Source: Raillietiella orientalis
Taxonomy: Eukaryota
Direction: 5' to 3'
Length of the DNA: 64,000 nt
Assembly: GCA_036172245.1 (NCBI GenBank)
Contig: JAYWIR010000009.1
Coordinates: forward strand, 186,001 to 250,000
This document shows, one piece after another, positions 50,301-64,000 of this stretch. Numbering within the stretch: position 1 is the first letter of the stretch; each line of letters opens with the position of its first letter. The notes beneath the pieces are model-generated. The model searched no databases. It was not told where the DNA came from and was given only the letters and a program-made list of their open reading frames with translations. The position numbers and the translations under genes were made by a program.

Positions 50301-53300
50301 GGGAGCCTTCCATCACCAGGAGCATCCGTCCGGAGGATGTTTGGCCGAACTTTAGGCCGGGCTGTTTCGTTTCCCGGCAACGACGACGACGATGACGACT
50401 CCTCGTCATCCGTGAGAGGAATCCAGACATGGGGCGAATCCACCTTACCGGGGTGGGGAGCCGACGGGGCCGGCCCTCCCCTATCCTTCTTTCACGACTC
50501 CGAGGAGACCCTCCTAAGAGGAGCTTCCGGGGTTCCTGCCCACGGAATTGGCCGGGTCCGCTGTGAAAGAAGAAGTTTCCAAAGGGATCAGATGGGAAGA
50601 GGGAGAGGGAGCGGAGAGTTACGGGGAATGAGCGAGAGGATTGCGCGAAGGGGCCGGCCACGCCTCCGTTCCGCGTCCTGGCGGGTGGTCGCTCCCAGGA
50701 GCGCGCGTGCTCGATGTCCCGGGATTCGCTTCCCCAGACCCCCACTTCGCAGAAGGGCCAGGAAGAGGGTCACGGCATTCCTCCGATCTGACGTTACCGA
50801 GAGCCCTGGGCTCAAGGACGAGTCCGGAGGGGACGTGGCTCTCGTGCCATGCTTTCCAAAATGGCAGCGTCCTCCTCCACTCCTCTTCGTGTCCCAAATT
50901 TCCCTGCGAATCTCCCCATGGCCCGGATTTTTGCTCTCGGGGTTCTCTAAGGAGCTTTGGAAAGTAGTCCGCCCCTCTCGCATGCTGACCTGTGTCGCCC
51001 ACAGGGGAAGCTGGGGACGCTTTCCTGTACATGGGGAGAATGCATGCCAAAGGATCTGCCGGACTCCTGGTGGACCACCTGACCCCCGCCCCAGGCAAGG
51101 AAGGAATGCGACTGGTCCCGTGCACCTTCAGGCGCTCTGCTCGAGGCAAGGTTCCACCTCCACCTCCCAGGAGGAAATGCCGCGACAGGGATTTCTCTGG
51201 TGAACCCCAAGGTAGCTCTTGGAGACTCCCGTTGAGCCTTCGATAAGGGTGGTCTACGCGTCCCAAGCCAGAGAGGACATGGCAACCGCGAAGGGAGGCT
51301 TCAGCGATCCAGAGAGCAGAGAGGAAGACCCAGGGCCCGGAGCAGGTTGGGGGAGTGACTTCTGGTTTGCTACTTCCCGAGAACCAGGTCCCGGACAACA
51401 ACCTGGACAAACTGCCCCTCGGGGCCATCCAGAGGGCCTTCCCTCGAGAAGGATCCCGGAGCTACGCCAGAGGGATCGATGGCTTCCTCGGCCCTCGTAG
51501 CGCCGGCGTCCTCTTGGACAGCGGATGTCCCTGCGCTGGGGAAGCGGAGAGGGGCAGACCTCCCCGTCGTCGACCCGCAGCATCCGTTGCAGATGCTTAT
51601 CTCTCCCTCCGGCAGCGGCAGCTGGGTCGCCGCCACCATGGAGGCCTCTACGTGTCGGTCATCCGCAGCGGATGCTGCTGCCGGACCAGACCGTAAATCT
51701 TCCCGTGCCAGAGCTCCTCCCACGTCGGCTGGCGAGCAGGGGGGGCTTGGGGCAGGAAGCCGGAGGAGCCGCCGGAGGAAAGGGGGGGGATGCGAGGCAG
51801 TGTCCTGATTGGCCGGTTGCCAGCCGGCGCGTGGCCTCTCCGCAGGGCACCGGAAAGGCGCCGTTCACTCCGCCGCCGCCAGGGGAGCTGCGAGCCGTGC
51901 CTTCGTGACGCCGCGGAGAGCCCGTTCGGCAGAATGTGAAGATGCTCCTACTCCAGAGGGTCCGCATCCAGCCATCTTGCCACAGGAATCTCCGGAAACG
52001 CCAAGGAAGGACACCCTGCGGGAGGGTACGAGCGCAGTCCCTAACCCATGCCTTGGAAAGGGGGACGTGGTTCCTGGCGATCTTCCTCGTCGGAGGCTCT
52101 TTCGCGCACTCCAGTGGAGGTGGTCACTTCAGCCTTCCCGCCCGTCCTCAGCGACCCCACGGTAGGCTGTGTTGGCTTGTTCCGAGAGGATTCACACTCG
52201 GTTCGCGCCGCTTCCCCCGGTTCCCTCTTCTAACCGGGGGCACTCAGCCCGACCAAGCGCCTTCCCAAGGACGCATGCGAGGGACCCTAGGAGTCTCCAA
52301 GGCGCGTATCTTCCGGAGCCGCTTCACTCTTTCTCGAGCGCTACCCAGCTGGAGGAGGAGGAGCTCCCACGGGATAGCTCCTCTTCCCTCTTTTCATCGT
52401 GAGAGCTCCTCCCAGTCTGTTCCCTGACCGCTGGCTACCCGATAATCCTACGGATTTTTCGGAAAGGAAGGCAGAGTCTCCAGAAGAAGTTGGGGGCCAC
52501 GGATTTCCGGAGCAGAGGTGCGAAGCCCCCAGCCCGCCTTTTGGCCTCCAGACTTTTCGGAGACAATACCCAGAGAGAACAGCAGCGGCGCTCCTTGGGT
52601 CCCTCGCGTCGCCCGGTGCGAGTGTCCCTCGGGGGAGTAGCAGGTCGCTTCGTGTGGGCTGAAGGATCCTGGCTTCCTATCCTACGCCTACGGCCTGGAG
52701 GAAGGCAAAGTTCCGCAACCCCTTCCCTTGTCCTTTCTCGGATAGGGCGGCCACCTACCCATTGCGCCTCATGGAGTTGGTCCCTCTATCCCCACCGGCC
52801 CCTGCCGGGAGGATGTGCGCTCGCACATTCGTCCGCCACGCCGACTGGTGGGAAGGGAGATCTGCGTTGTACGTGGGCTGGATTCCCCGTGGAGTCGGGG
52901 ACACCCCTGAGCTCTTCTGAGGCTAGGACCTCCCGGGAGGAAGAGACCGTTCCTGTCCAGGAAAAAGGAAATTCTGCCCCTTTTCCTGGACAAGAGAAGC
53001 AGCTGGGGACGTCGCAGGCACACACTTCAGGGTCCCGGAAGTCCCCTTGCATGGATAGTTCCCCTTGAGAAGGTCACCTGATTCTTCTGCTCTTCCCGCT
53101 TAGGTGACCTGAAGTCGCCCCCACCATGCCTGGCGAGGAGGTGCTCTGGTGTGGTGGGCCTCTGGGTGCTCGGAGCCAGCTACCATCGCCCTCGGCGGCT
53201 GAGGCCATCTCAGAGCCTCTGCCCCTCCTACTGAACCCTAAGCATGTCGTGAACCGTTGGCTCTCTTTTCCGGGTAGCGTATAGCCAGGGTCTGCCGTGG

Positions 53301-56300
53301 GGAGGGCGCGGCCAAGCGGCGGGGACACACAGTAGGCGCTGCGGTCTTTTCCATAGGGCTCTCAAGCTGATTTTCGTCCCTCCGGGCACATCGGACTCAA
53401 AGGCAGCCTCTGAGGGTCTGACCGAAAAGCTCGGGACGCAGTCCATGCTGGCACGACCGCGACGGGATGATGCTGAGAAACCTGGAGAGGACAGGGGACA
53501 TTGGAAGAGAACGCTCCCAGGCTAGGCGATGGAAAGGAAAAGGGGACGTTATGAGCCGCAAAAGATCCTCCCTTTGCTCCGGGCCCTAGGATGGCCCCGG
53601 GAGTCCGCGGGTCGAAGGAGGCCTTGGACTAGCGACAGAGCAGGAAGGCGTTCTCAAGTGACCTCCTATTGACCTGCGAGGTGAGCCAAGATTTCCTTCG
53701 CCAGTGACCTGGCTGACACTCCGAAGTTCCCAATGTATCGAGAGGAGGTCCTGGGACTTTCCTCCTTGGGATGGCGAAGTGCAAAATCGAGGTCGCGCGG
53801 GGACTGTCCCCACTCCCCCACCACACACACATTTGGCGGTGGTGCTCGCCGGATTCACGGGGACGCTCCAAAGGGTGAATCATCTTTCTCCTGACGTGCC
53901 CCTCGGAGAGGAGATGGAGGGACTTTAAAGGGGAACTTTCAGGAAGGAGGGCCTTCCGCGCCCTGCGCTGATCCGAAGCAGGCGCGGGCTCGGCGTTTCC
54001 GGGGAGTCTCATCGCCGCAGAAACGCGCCCTCAGAAGCTGCGTGGATCCCCGGCGAGGGTGGCGGCACGCTCAGTGCGCCACGAGGCGTCCCAGTGGTGC
54101 CCAGCAGCGCCGCTAAGACTGCGTAGTCGGTGCCACTGATGTGCTGCGGCTGCGGCCTCCGGTCTTGCGTAGCAGAGGAGAAGCCTGGGGGCGTGGGGTG
54201 ACCCGGAAGTGATCCGGCAGACACCCTTGGAGTGGGCGGCGGAAGGGACAGGTGACTCTGCCTTCGAGGCTCCTTGGTGTGCGCGGGAGCTCCTTAGGGA
54301 ACCGTGCAGCCAGCGGGGGAGGTCGACCCTTCCGGGGGGCAGGGGAAAGAAGGAGGCAGGGTAGGATGCCTCGCGCTCTCCCCTCCCCATGCATCTCCAC
54401 GAAGACGAGGAATGCGGCAGGCGGCATTCCGAGGGCCGGGCGCCTTGACCCCGGCCGGGGGCGGAACGAAAGACGCCGTTCCCACGACGTCAGAGCCGCG
54501 AGGAAGAAGAATGGGGGGACCTCGCCCTCCTCCCAGGAGGCTCTGACGGGGGCGGGAGGGGCGGCGGGCGCGACGGGAGCGCAGAGGGGAGAAGAAAGGA
54601 AGGGCGCACGCGTGCCCCCGGCCGGCCTAGAGGGCACAGAGGGAGGCGAAGGGAGCCTGGGGCAGTCGCCGCCGCGGGTCGCTGCCCGCTGAGCATGCAG
54701 AGTCCTGGGTTCGCGCCCTCTCCGTCTCCAGGAGACCTGGAGCCGTTAAGCATCGCCTCGTCTACTAGGGAAGACGACGGTGATAGTTGCCACGCAAAGC
54801 GGAGAACGAAGGAAGCATTGAGGGGGAGGGAGGGTTCGCATGCGCTCGGATTCACCCTCCCACCCCATTCTCCCCCCCGTTTCTCCTCGCTTCCTTCTCT
54901 TTCTCCGGTTTCCTTGGAGATGGAGGGAGCAGGCCTAGAGAGACCTCGCATCGATCGGCGACTGCTCGCGCAGCAGCAACTGGAAGGGAAACGGCGGCGT
55001 CCTGGTTCTTCCGGAACCTTCCGGAGGCGCCTTCCATTGGTCCTGGGAGCGGGTCGATGGCGTCCGGACGCGCCGGCGGATTGGTCGTCCGGTAAACCCC
55101 TCCCCGGAATGCGGAGCGGGCGGAAGAGGGGAAGAGCAGCGACGAGAGGGACTCCCGGACGGCCCCTACTCCCAGGTCGCCCAGCGGCAGCTTTTCGGGC
55201 TGTTGCCAGGCAACAAGAAGGGAGGTGAGAGAAGGGATGGGGAGGTCTCGAGCAAGGTTCGAGACTTGCCTCCGTGGACGCCCCTTCTCTCGCCGTCCCT
55301 GCACGAAGGTCCTCCCCAGGGCTTTCCGGATTGTCTCCAGGAAACAAGGGGGGGAGAGGGGAGGGAAAGTCGCCAACGAATAAAAAAGGAAGAACCGGAC
55401 AATAGGGGGAGGGAAGTTGCAGTCTGGCCAAACCAGACAGAGCGCTTCCCTAGAGTCCGCTCGCGGAAGCTGGAGGCCACTGGCGCCGAAGGAGGGACAG
55501 GGAACCGTGACTGCGCAGCGTGGCAGCGGCCCCGACCAGTAAGGAGGCGAGGTGCAGAAGAAGGGAGACTCGCAGAGCCGTCGACCCCGGGATCACAGGG
55601 GACTCAAGTCCTCCTATCGAGGGATGGCAAAGGGTCAAGGTAGGTCACGATCGCCAAGTGTTCCCTTTGCCGAGGACCGCGCTAGAAAAGAGGGACCTCC
55701 GGGAATTTCTCGGAAAGGGGGAAGGCGAGTGCTGCTACGCGGTAACAGGAACCAGCTGCAGGCGCACCCGTGGCAATGGGCATAGAAACAGCCAAGGGCC
55801 ACAACTGTAGCAGCAGAGAGAGCAGCTCCGACGACCAAGGTCTGTAATGGCACGGTTAGCCACAGGGAGAGCAAGGACAACCACAATGCCTCCAGGGACG
55901 AATACAACCACGGATAGCAGCCCGAAGACAACCGAGACGCCCACAGTCTGCAGCCGCAACGACGAGACCAGCCACAGGATCGCCCATGGTCAAAGATGCA
56001 ACCTTAGACATAGCCACACAAACGCCCCAGATTCCACCGGAGATACGCCAAAGATGAAACCTCGCCCGTTCCAAACAGATGAAGCCACAGAATCAACCAA
56101 GGGTGCAGCCATGGGTGCAGCTACGACGGTCTGCGGACATTTTCGGACTTTCGCCGCTCTCTGGCCGTCCCCTGGAAGAAAGGTGGGCGATGCGTTTCCC
56201 GGTGTCGGTCTGAGGGAGTCACACCTGAAGTGAGGGAGAGGAACGAGGAAGCAAGGACAGAGGCCCTCAGCGAGTGCTGCGGAAGAATGAGGTTATCGAG

Positions 56301-56841
56301 AGGAGCACTTGGAGGCTCTCGGAGGCTGCCCTGAGGATTCAGGAGGGTCTGAAAGTCCCCGCCTCTGCCGGTCGAGCGCTTAGGGCCCGCCGCAAGCGAG
56401 GGGCTCTCAGGATGGAGATGTACCCAGTAAGAAAAGGGTGGACAACGGATCTCCCTTGCGCGCTAGCGAGGGAGGGCTGGATGGCACAAGGAGAGGCGAG
56501 CGGAAGGAGGTTGAGGAGGGTTCTGTGCAAAGGGCTGGAGAGCGGGGAATACGCGGCCGTTGCCTTTTCCCTGTTCCTCCCCCGCCTCCGTCTGCTCCCG
56601 GCCGGGCGCTCACCCTCCGCTGCGCCCCCGCGTCCATGGAAACCAGATGCTGCCGTGTGGCGCGAGGAGGCGCCTGAGTTCTCCGCCGCCGCTCATTCGA
56701 GATGTGCGGCTCCAGGGGAGGATGGGAAGATGGATGTTTTTCCGGCACCCTCGGCGCCACCGCGCAGATGCACTTAGAGCGGCGGGCCGGCCCCCGAGCG
56801 CGGCGTTCGCAGATCCCAGAGCGCGGGATCGCCTTTCCAAG

Positions 56842-56855
56842 GTTCCCATGGAAAC
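56842..56855. promoter_or_regulatory. RFX X-box motif
   Basis: GTTCCCATGGAAAC, full consensus match. Confidence 0.35.
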
Positions 56856-57815
56856 GACGCGCGAGTATCCGGTGACGGCTGTTGCGTCTCCTCTGGAGCC
56901 CGGCGCGAGAGCGACCGGTTTGATCACAAAGTATCTGTTGGGGCCCGCGCCCCTTTGTTGTGACCTGCGTGGAAGATTTGTGACCTCCGGACGCGCCGCT
57001 GCCTCTCTGCGGAGGCGCGCGAGCGCGTGCGTGGTGGCGGCGGCGACGAGGTCGCGCAGCTCGCTCGCCCGTCCGGGCCGGGTACAGCTGTGCGTCGCGC
57101 GTGGCGGTCACGTGTCCCCCGGAAGTAAAAAAGGCCTGCAGGAACCCGGCGCCCCCTGCGGTCCGAGGAGCGCATGCTCTCTGGATAGCGGGTCGGAAGA
57201 AGGATCCTGGTCAACCCAGCCCCGCGCCCCACTGAGACCGCGCGCCCTACTCGCTCCGTTGGTCTTCTGGGATGTGGCGGAGGCTCTCCAACTCGTAGTC
57301 CTGGCCTCACTCTCCATAGGATCAGGGCCACGTGAGCACGGAGCCAGTCAGACTTTGGCTTCAGATCTGCGTATCCTGGCGGGCAAGGAGCATGCCGAGA
57401 CCAAGGTACCTACCCAGACGGCTACTCCCGGCGCGCCTAGATCCTTCGCGGTGACGGCAGTCCTCTCGCTGCTTAGCTGCCACTGCATCCCCGTGAACGC
57501 CTTCCATCCCGTATCGGCCTTCGCCTGCATCCCTTCTGGACCGTTCCGAACGGCAAGGTCCTGAAGGCAGCTGCTCCCGTAAGGGTTCCCACAGCCGCCG
57601 CGCTCTCCTGCGAGTTTCTCCTCTCGCGCCCGAAGAAGGACGTCCGACCCTGGTGCGGAGAGGTGCGGAGAGCGCCCGGAAGAGTCAGAAATGACCTTGC
57701 CGGCCCCTCTGGTGGTTCTACTGGACGGCCCAGAGGCTCCCGAAGGGACCGGCGGGACTGGGACTAGGCGAGGGGTTGCTTCCGCCACCAGCTGGCCGAT
57801 CTCGAACCCCTTTTT

Positions 57816-57829
57816 GTCGCCATGGAAAC
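57816..57829. promoter_or_regulatory. RFX X-box motif
   Basis: GTCGCCATGGAAAC, full consensus match. Confidence 0.35.
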
Positions 57830-60800
57830 ACGAAATCCCTCCGCGAAGGGGAAGCTCCTTTCCCCCTCAGCCTGCAGGCACCGAAGATGCCCTCTCCAGA
57901 TAGCTGGGCGGACGGGATCGCCCGCTTCCGGGAAGGGGAGCGCTGCTACAGGGCGCGTCCCCGCCGCGTGCGGGAAGCGGGTGGGCTGGGACGCCCGCTG
58001 GGATCCCCGGAAGGAGCAGAGGGTAACGACCCCTCCGGACCTATGAGAACCGCTGTGAGGGGGCGACGGGAGGAGGACTTCGCGAAGGAGGGATCCAAGC
58101 GAGCGGAGGACGCACCCTGGAGCTGCACGCTTTCGCACCCTGGTGACAGGGTCTCTCCATCGGCCCATCCCGACGGGAGGACTCCCTGAGCCTCCAGTGC
58201 CCCCGGTCGAGTCTCTCGGGGCAGCCTCACCTCAGTCGCCAGGGCCGATGTCACCCTGGAACGGCTGACAGCTTTTCCTCATCCTCCCCTCCATTGCCAG
58301 GCAGCCCGATCGGCCGCGGGAAGGCTCCTTCCTCTGATCCGCTGCGGCAGGCCGCTGGGTCTTCGCGGTCCTCCCCTTTCGTCCGGCAAGCCCCTTGAGG
58401 AAGGAGAGCAGAGGCGGCAGCGGCCGTTTCCGGGTCAATGGAATCGCCCCAGATCCCAGAGACCACCCCGATCACGCCGAACCATAGGGGGAACGAGAAG
58501 CCGCGCGCCTCTCACGTCTCCCTTTACCCTCCCTTTCCGCTCTCTTCAGCAGCATCCTTTCTCTTCCCTGGAGGTTCCCATGACGACCGGTTCATCTAGA
58601 GAGCAGAGGGGACGGAAGGAAGGGAAGGAGGAACGAGGCTCCTCTCCGTGTGCCCTCCGGCGGAAGCAGGTGGCTCCCTCGTCCCGCCGTAAAGCGACCT
58701 CCCCTCCCTGCGTGCCCTCTGGCGGAGGCAGCAGCCCAGTCGCGCCGTGGGGAGCTGCCGAATTGCCGCCATAAAAGAGTCGGCCCCTCGCCCGTCCCCC
58801 TACCCGTGTTCTCCTGCTTCCCGACTTGAGGCTCCTGCCCTGATCCCGACAGACAAGCACAACATTCTCCTAAGGTGCATCCTCTCAGGGGACAAGGGCT
58901 CTGCTTCCCTGCCCTCCTGAGAAGAATGAGGAGACCCCCTGAGCCGGTAGGGGAACGGCGGAGGCGTTGCGCCGCAGCACCCCCTTCCCAAGAGGGGAAG
59001 CCCCGCCTAGCCCTCCTCGAAACGTTTGCTCGGATCCAGGTCTTGCGGGGCCCACAAAGGCTTACTCTGATCGCGCACCTCTCACAGAAAGGGTCACTGA
59101 CGACCCCCTGTGACCCTCCGCTATCGGCCCTCACCTTCCTGAAAACTTAGAGCCGACTATCCGGCAGTTGATGTGCCGGAGACTTCTGGCGTCTCCTCCC
59201 AGATCCCCCAGGGAACTCCCTGACTTTATCGACCACTCTGGCAAGCCTCCATCGCAGACCCACTCGCTCCTGGCTTCGCGGAATCCGCGCGCCGCCTTCG
59301 GACAGCTCGAGGGAATATGCACCACCTTGGAGGAGGAGGGCTCTCTGGGAGACCTGCCTCGCCATTCCGCATGGAAACTTCCGCAGAAGAGGGTCCACCC
59401 TCGATGCAGCCCACATGGTAGCGCTTCCAGGTACGAGACGCACCTGGACCAAGAAGAAGAGGCAAGGGCAGCGGACTGTGCCTCCCGAGGGCTGGATACT
59501 CGAGCAGATGGACCTTCAAGCAAACTTTTCCGACCCTTCTCTAAGCATGTGCCTGGAACTTCAGCAAGCGTAGCCCAAGGAGATTCTTGCTCCTCCCGAA
59601 CTCCTCTCAAGCAACCTCCTCGAGCAAGTCCCTTCGGAAGGGACCCGTGCCTCCTGGGGGGAGAGGGAAGGAGGGAAGCTTACCCCTCTTCCTCCAGCCC
59701 TTCTTTAATTCTCAAGGGTCTCCGGACCTGCAGAACTTCTCGAGGAGCATTCTCGGCGGCCCGGAACTGAGTGGTCCAGGAAGCCCTTTAGGCCCTTTCG
59801 AAGGGCGATGCTCACTGGATACCAGCCGACTGACTTCTCTCTCATTCCACCAGCCGCAGCTGGGAGGCGAGTGGCGAGGTCAGGTGATCCTCACGGAGGG
59901 CATGGCAACCAAGGGGTATGCGTGTGGTTTTCCTCCCGGAATTCCTGAAAGAAACGGGAAGCGGCGGGTTGCCGTGGTGACCTGAAGCCATAGACCATCT
60001 GCCTCATTATGGCCCGAGGAGGTGGCCACTCCCGGAAGCTCCCTCTTCTGTAGGATCGCAGCCTCTCTCTCCCAGGAAAAGGGGCCTGAGTACGGGGTCG
60101 AATAGGGCTCCAGGAAGTCATTTAGGGTCGGCAGCATGCTGTAGATCCAGATCACGTGGTCGACCGAAGGAAAAACCAAGGGCAGGTGTCTGACTGCTGT
60201 GCTGAGACCCGCCAAGCGTCCTCACCTGGAAAAGAGAGGTGCAGGAAGAGGAAGGGAGGAGGAAGAGGAAGAAAAGGACGAGAAGAGTTCTGCTGGATGG
60301 CAGTTGCGCTTCCGAGATCGCGGAGGTGTTCACAGCCTCCATGCCAAGCGGCGACTTTGGAGCTCTCCCTACTCCCAGGTGCCTGAGTCGCTCCCGGAGA
60401 TCACCCTCCCTACAGCCTCTGTCTCTCTTTGCCAGTGCGTCCATGTTACGTGAGCGGGGCGGTTGCGGGTCGCCGCCGCGGCAGAGGTTCGAGGGGCGAG
60501 GTGGGTGGTGGGCCGCAGGGAGTCCTTCGCCTTCCTTCGCTACCGCCTCTGCCATCGCCGCGGGGAACTTATGAGCAAGCACACTGTTCCGGGAGGAATG
60601 GGCGCGTCCTTGAGGCCCGAAACGGGAGACATGGAGGGCCGCCAGGAATAGGGTGGGTGCTGCCCTTCCTGGTCCTGCTCGACTCCCCGGTGGGGGGATT
60701 GGAACACCATGACTCACCCGCCAGCACACATGCTGCTCCATCACCAGCTCCCTCGCTCTCGTCCCCTTAATCGGCCTTTCGAGGTCAAAGGGGCGCCTCA

Positions 60801-63800
60801 GATCCAGGGCGCTCCCTCGCGGTCACGTAGCTGCGGACATGCCGGGCACAGGGAAGAGGCGGACGGCGGCGGCGGGAAGACGGGATGGGACTGATCCTCT
60901 GCTGCTGCGCGGGGAGCGGCGGAGGGTCGAGGGACCGGAAGATCCCACGGGAGCGCTGCCTATGCAGCCTACTCGAGGGTCCGTGGAAGAAGGTCACGTG
61001 GCTTGCTTGAGCCTGAGGGGGCCGGTAGCTCTCGTGCGCTCCGCCTTTCGTCCTCCACGCGTTCCTCCCACCGTGGCAGAGTCCGAAGAGGGTGACGTTG
61101 CTACCTGGCAACTTCTCCTTCTCCCCCTTCCAGGAGTGATCGAAGGGCAAGGATGGAGAAGGCCATCCAGGACAACGCACTTCCGACTCAGCATTCCCCT
61201 TTTCCTGCCCTGCGGGCACAGCAGATCGGCGGCGGGACCCTCCCGAGGGGGAAAGGTCCTTGACCCGGTACCTTTTTCCCTGGAGATCCCGAAAAGCCCT
61301 CTTGACTCGTGTGCTCTCAAGGGCTGATCGCGGGGGGGAGCGCTTCCATCTCGAGGTCGGTCCCTTTGGTCACCCTCCATGTTTCCGTCTCGCAGCTGGG
61401 CCCACGGAGCTAGAGCGCAAACATGCCCGCATCCGTGGGCGGTGCCCACTCTCATGAGGATCATTAGGGCCCGTTCGTCGTGACCAGAGGCCTCCATGTC
61501 GGGCGCGCAGCCTCTCAGTTGAATGGGTTTTCTCGCCGAGGGGTATCTCCAGGAGGATTCTTGAAGAAGAGTATCTGAAGACCCCTGGGTAGTCTCCTGG
61601 GAAAAAGCAACAACGAGGGAGAAGGTCCTCGTTGTGAGGAGACCCCTGTGTGGAGAGGGCGAGAGGAGTCGGAGAAAGCAGAGCAATGCCCCCCGAGTGC
61701 CACATCAGCCGCGGTTCAGCGCCCAGGAAGATGCGAGAGGTGCCACTTCGCCCGGTAACAGTCAACGCCTGCCCGGAAGACAGGAGGACCCAAGACGACG
61801 GCAAGAGGGATCGATCGGCCTCTCTCCGGGCCCGACCAGTCAGCCTACGGGGGAGGGATAGAGATCCGACCCGAAAGAACGTGGTGGTGCGGCTTCAGGG
61901 AAGAGGGGCAGGCAAGGCGTCCCTGAGGGCAGCTGGAGTGGACCCGACCGCAGCTACCTGCCTTTCCTCCCCTTCCTGCACCTCACTCCTGCAGGTTAGG
62001 ATACGCCGCTTTCTGGGGTGGAGGGAAATGCCCTCTGGCTGAGCGAGCAAGGATGCCTCATGGAGACCGGCGAAAGGCTCCCTTTGTCCGACGAAGGAGG
62101 CGGTCATGTACTAAGGCGAGCCCCGGGATCCTCCCAACCGCTCTGGGTGGCACCACGACCTGGACCCTCTGGCGACGTCTCGTAGCTGGATGCGGTCCGA
62201 AGGATGGCCTCGGGGAGGGGGAAGGATATCTCCTTAAGGAAGCGCCCAAAGGGGAGCTTCACCCCCAAGGTCGCGCCGCGGGTCTTTCTCAAGCAGCTGC
62301 AGTCCTTCCGCCCGCTGCTTCCTTCGGGAGGCGCCCTCCCTGTGGACTCTTGCGACGGGACAGCGGCTGCTGTGATTCCCGGAAGAGTATGCGGATAGCC
62401 CGGGAGTTCTCGCTACGATCTTCTCCCAAAGACGACGCCATCGCCGTGCTCCTCCAGGGACGGAGGAGAATTTCTCCGGGGCATGGCAAGGGCTCCTTCC
62501 CTTCCCTGTGCTTCCTCCCTGCATGCCCGTGGGGAGTTCCAAAGCGGTTGCTCCCGAGGAGCAGCGGCAGAATGTTGGGATCTTCGCTGGGGACGGCATC
62601 TTCGGTGGGAGCGCTCCGGAACGACGACGGCGTCCGAGAGAGCAGAAAACGGCGGCTTTTCTCCTTCCAGGGGCTCCCGGGGCCGTCCGCCCGGGAACTC
62701 CGCGCTTCCCTTTCCCTGCTCCCGCGACGAACCGCCGGGAGGAAGGGGATGAGGAAGGGGGAAAAATTCAGGGGGAAGCGGGAGGGAGGGACGCGTCCCG
62801 GGCTCGCCCACCCGACCAATCAGACGAGCCGCGGCGCTCTCGTCCCTTCCTGGAGGGGCCGATCGATCGGCCTCGTTTAATCAGGGCGGCGGGATCCAGG
62901 AGAGGTGGTGTGAACTCTGAGGTTGTCAGCTCTTTCCCGAGCTGCCCTTTTCCGTGACTGGGGAGGGCGCCAGCCGTGCTGCGCCCACTGACACCCTCTC
63001 CTGTCTGGACTTCGGCCTTCTGCAAGGGGATCCGCGGGCAGGACTCTGTGGGAAGCGGGCAGCCCGCCCCACCCCGCCTCCACCGTCCGTCAGGAAGGGG
63101 GGGACTCTGAAAGCGTTTCCTTGGAGCTGCACCTCCCTGCCTTCATGGAGCGCCTCCTCCCCCTCCTCCTGAATCGTCCCGGGAACGGGCGCTGCCGGCA
63201 TCGGGAGTCGCCGCCACCGCGCGCCTCCCGGGGCCCCGCTTGGCATATCCCAGACGCGAGGGTTTCCCATGGGGCGGCCTCTTTGACGGCCTAGGCGGAT
63301 GCTAACCAGAAGCGTCGCCCGGGCAACCGGATACCGCGCGCAGCTGCGACTCGTCTCCCCTCGCTCACTTCCGTGGCGCGGAGAGGCAGGAGGGAGGGGG
63401 TGCTGAGAGCTGCCGGGGAGGGCGCGAACAGGCAGCGGCGCGCCAGAGCCCGTGGTGGGGGCAGACTCCGGGTCGCACGTGCGCGTGTCCCTGCCCTAGG
63501 TGCAGAACCAGGCCTGGGCTGTCCTGCCCGCCGACGACAAGGGGGTTCTTTCTCCGTGGCGGGGCAGACGAGGGAGGGGACTCCCTTTGAGCCGTGCCTC
63601 AGGGTGTGCAGGACGCCGCGTCGTGGAGCCACGAACACGCTCACCAAGATGCAGCGCTCCCCAGCATCCACTTTCTCCCGCAGAGATTCCGAGACGGCAT
63701 CTCCTGTCAGTGAGGTTCCCGGAGGGCGAGATGATCGAAGATGTGCTCCCGAGGGAGTTCTCCGGGAACGGGAGACTCGTGGAGCTCGAAGGTCGGCTCC

Positions 63801-64000
63801 CTGTCCCTTCCCCCCGTCTTTCCCCTGTCAAGGAACTCCTGACGGAGCTCCCTGAGTTCCCTATGGCTGCCAACCTTGGATGCGTTCGTGGAAATGCCGA
63901 CGGGCGCTGTTCGGGACGCGAAGGCGTCGTTTTGGCGTTCCTCTGGGATTTGCTTTTCACACTCCGAACTCGAAGCAGTCGGGACTCTGGCCCAGCGCAG

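Noticed and set aside
59880..60215. Minus-strand ORF with coding-like codons (DHVIWIYSMLPTLNDFLEPY)
   Set aside because: No recognisable family, convincing acceptor or partner exons.
5200..64000. Hundreds of 60-380 aa ORFs in GC-rich DNA (for example 6793-7806, 43134-44270, 46278-47225, 49744-50745, 56560-57564)
   Set aside because: Arg/Pro/Gly/Ser-rich, overlapping in several frames on both strands and without recognisable domains. This is expected where stop codons are scarce at high GC.
1..64000. tRNA, rRNA, snRNA/SL RNA, CRISPR arrays, intact transposase or retroelement ORFs, alternative genetic code
   Set aside because: None recognised by eye. Genes end in standard TAG/TGA with no in-frame stops. 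A covariance-model scan was not possible, so small RNAs cannot be excluded.

Overview
Eukaryotic (animal, possibly arthropod) genomic DNA, not prokaryotic. I reconstructed four spliced + strand genes by hand with GT-AG junctions and continuous reading frames. They are a CCDC96/CFAP184-like coiled-coil ciliary gene (about 243-1662), a complete 12-exon CFAP52/WDR16 gene (8187-36833, 661 aa), a CNPY3/4-type canopy gene (37468-38748, 221 aa) and ATG12 (38912-39353, 116 aa). The window is a compositional mosaic: two AT-rich, CpG-depleted compact blocks with mostly 39-55 nt introns sit within very GC/CpG-rich DNA (the large CFAP52 introns and a ~22 kb stretch, 42-64 kb, with no recognisable gene). 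The most interesting signal is ATG12 starting only 163 nt after the CNPY stop, behind a poly(A) signal and a splice-acceptor-like TAG, with no CpG-rich promoter, which suggests an operon or dicistronic unit. Other notable signals: very small introns with degenerate splice sites, a degenerate AT-rich foldback/MITE-like element in CFAP52 intron 2, orphan RFX X-boxes, and repeated Hox/Exd-type sites. Almost all ORFs in the supplied track are GC-rich noise. Family assignments come from remembered sequence motifs; no searches were run.
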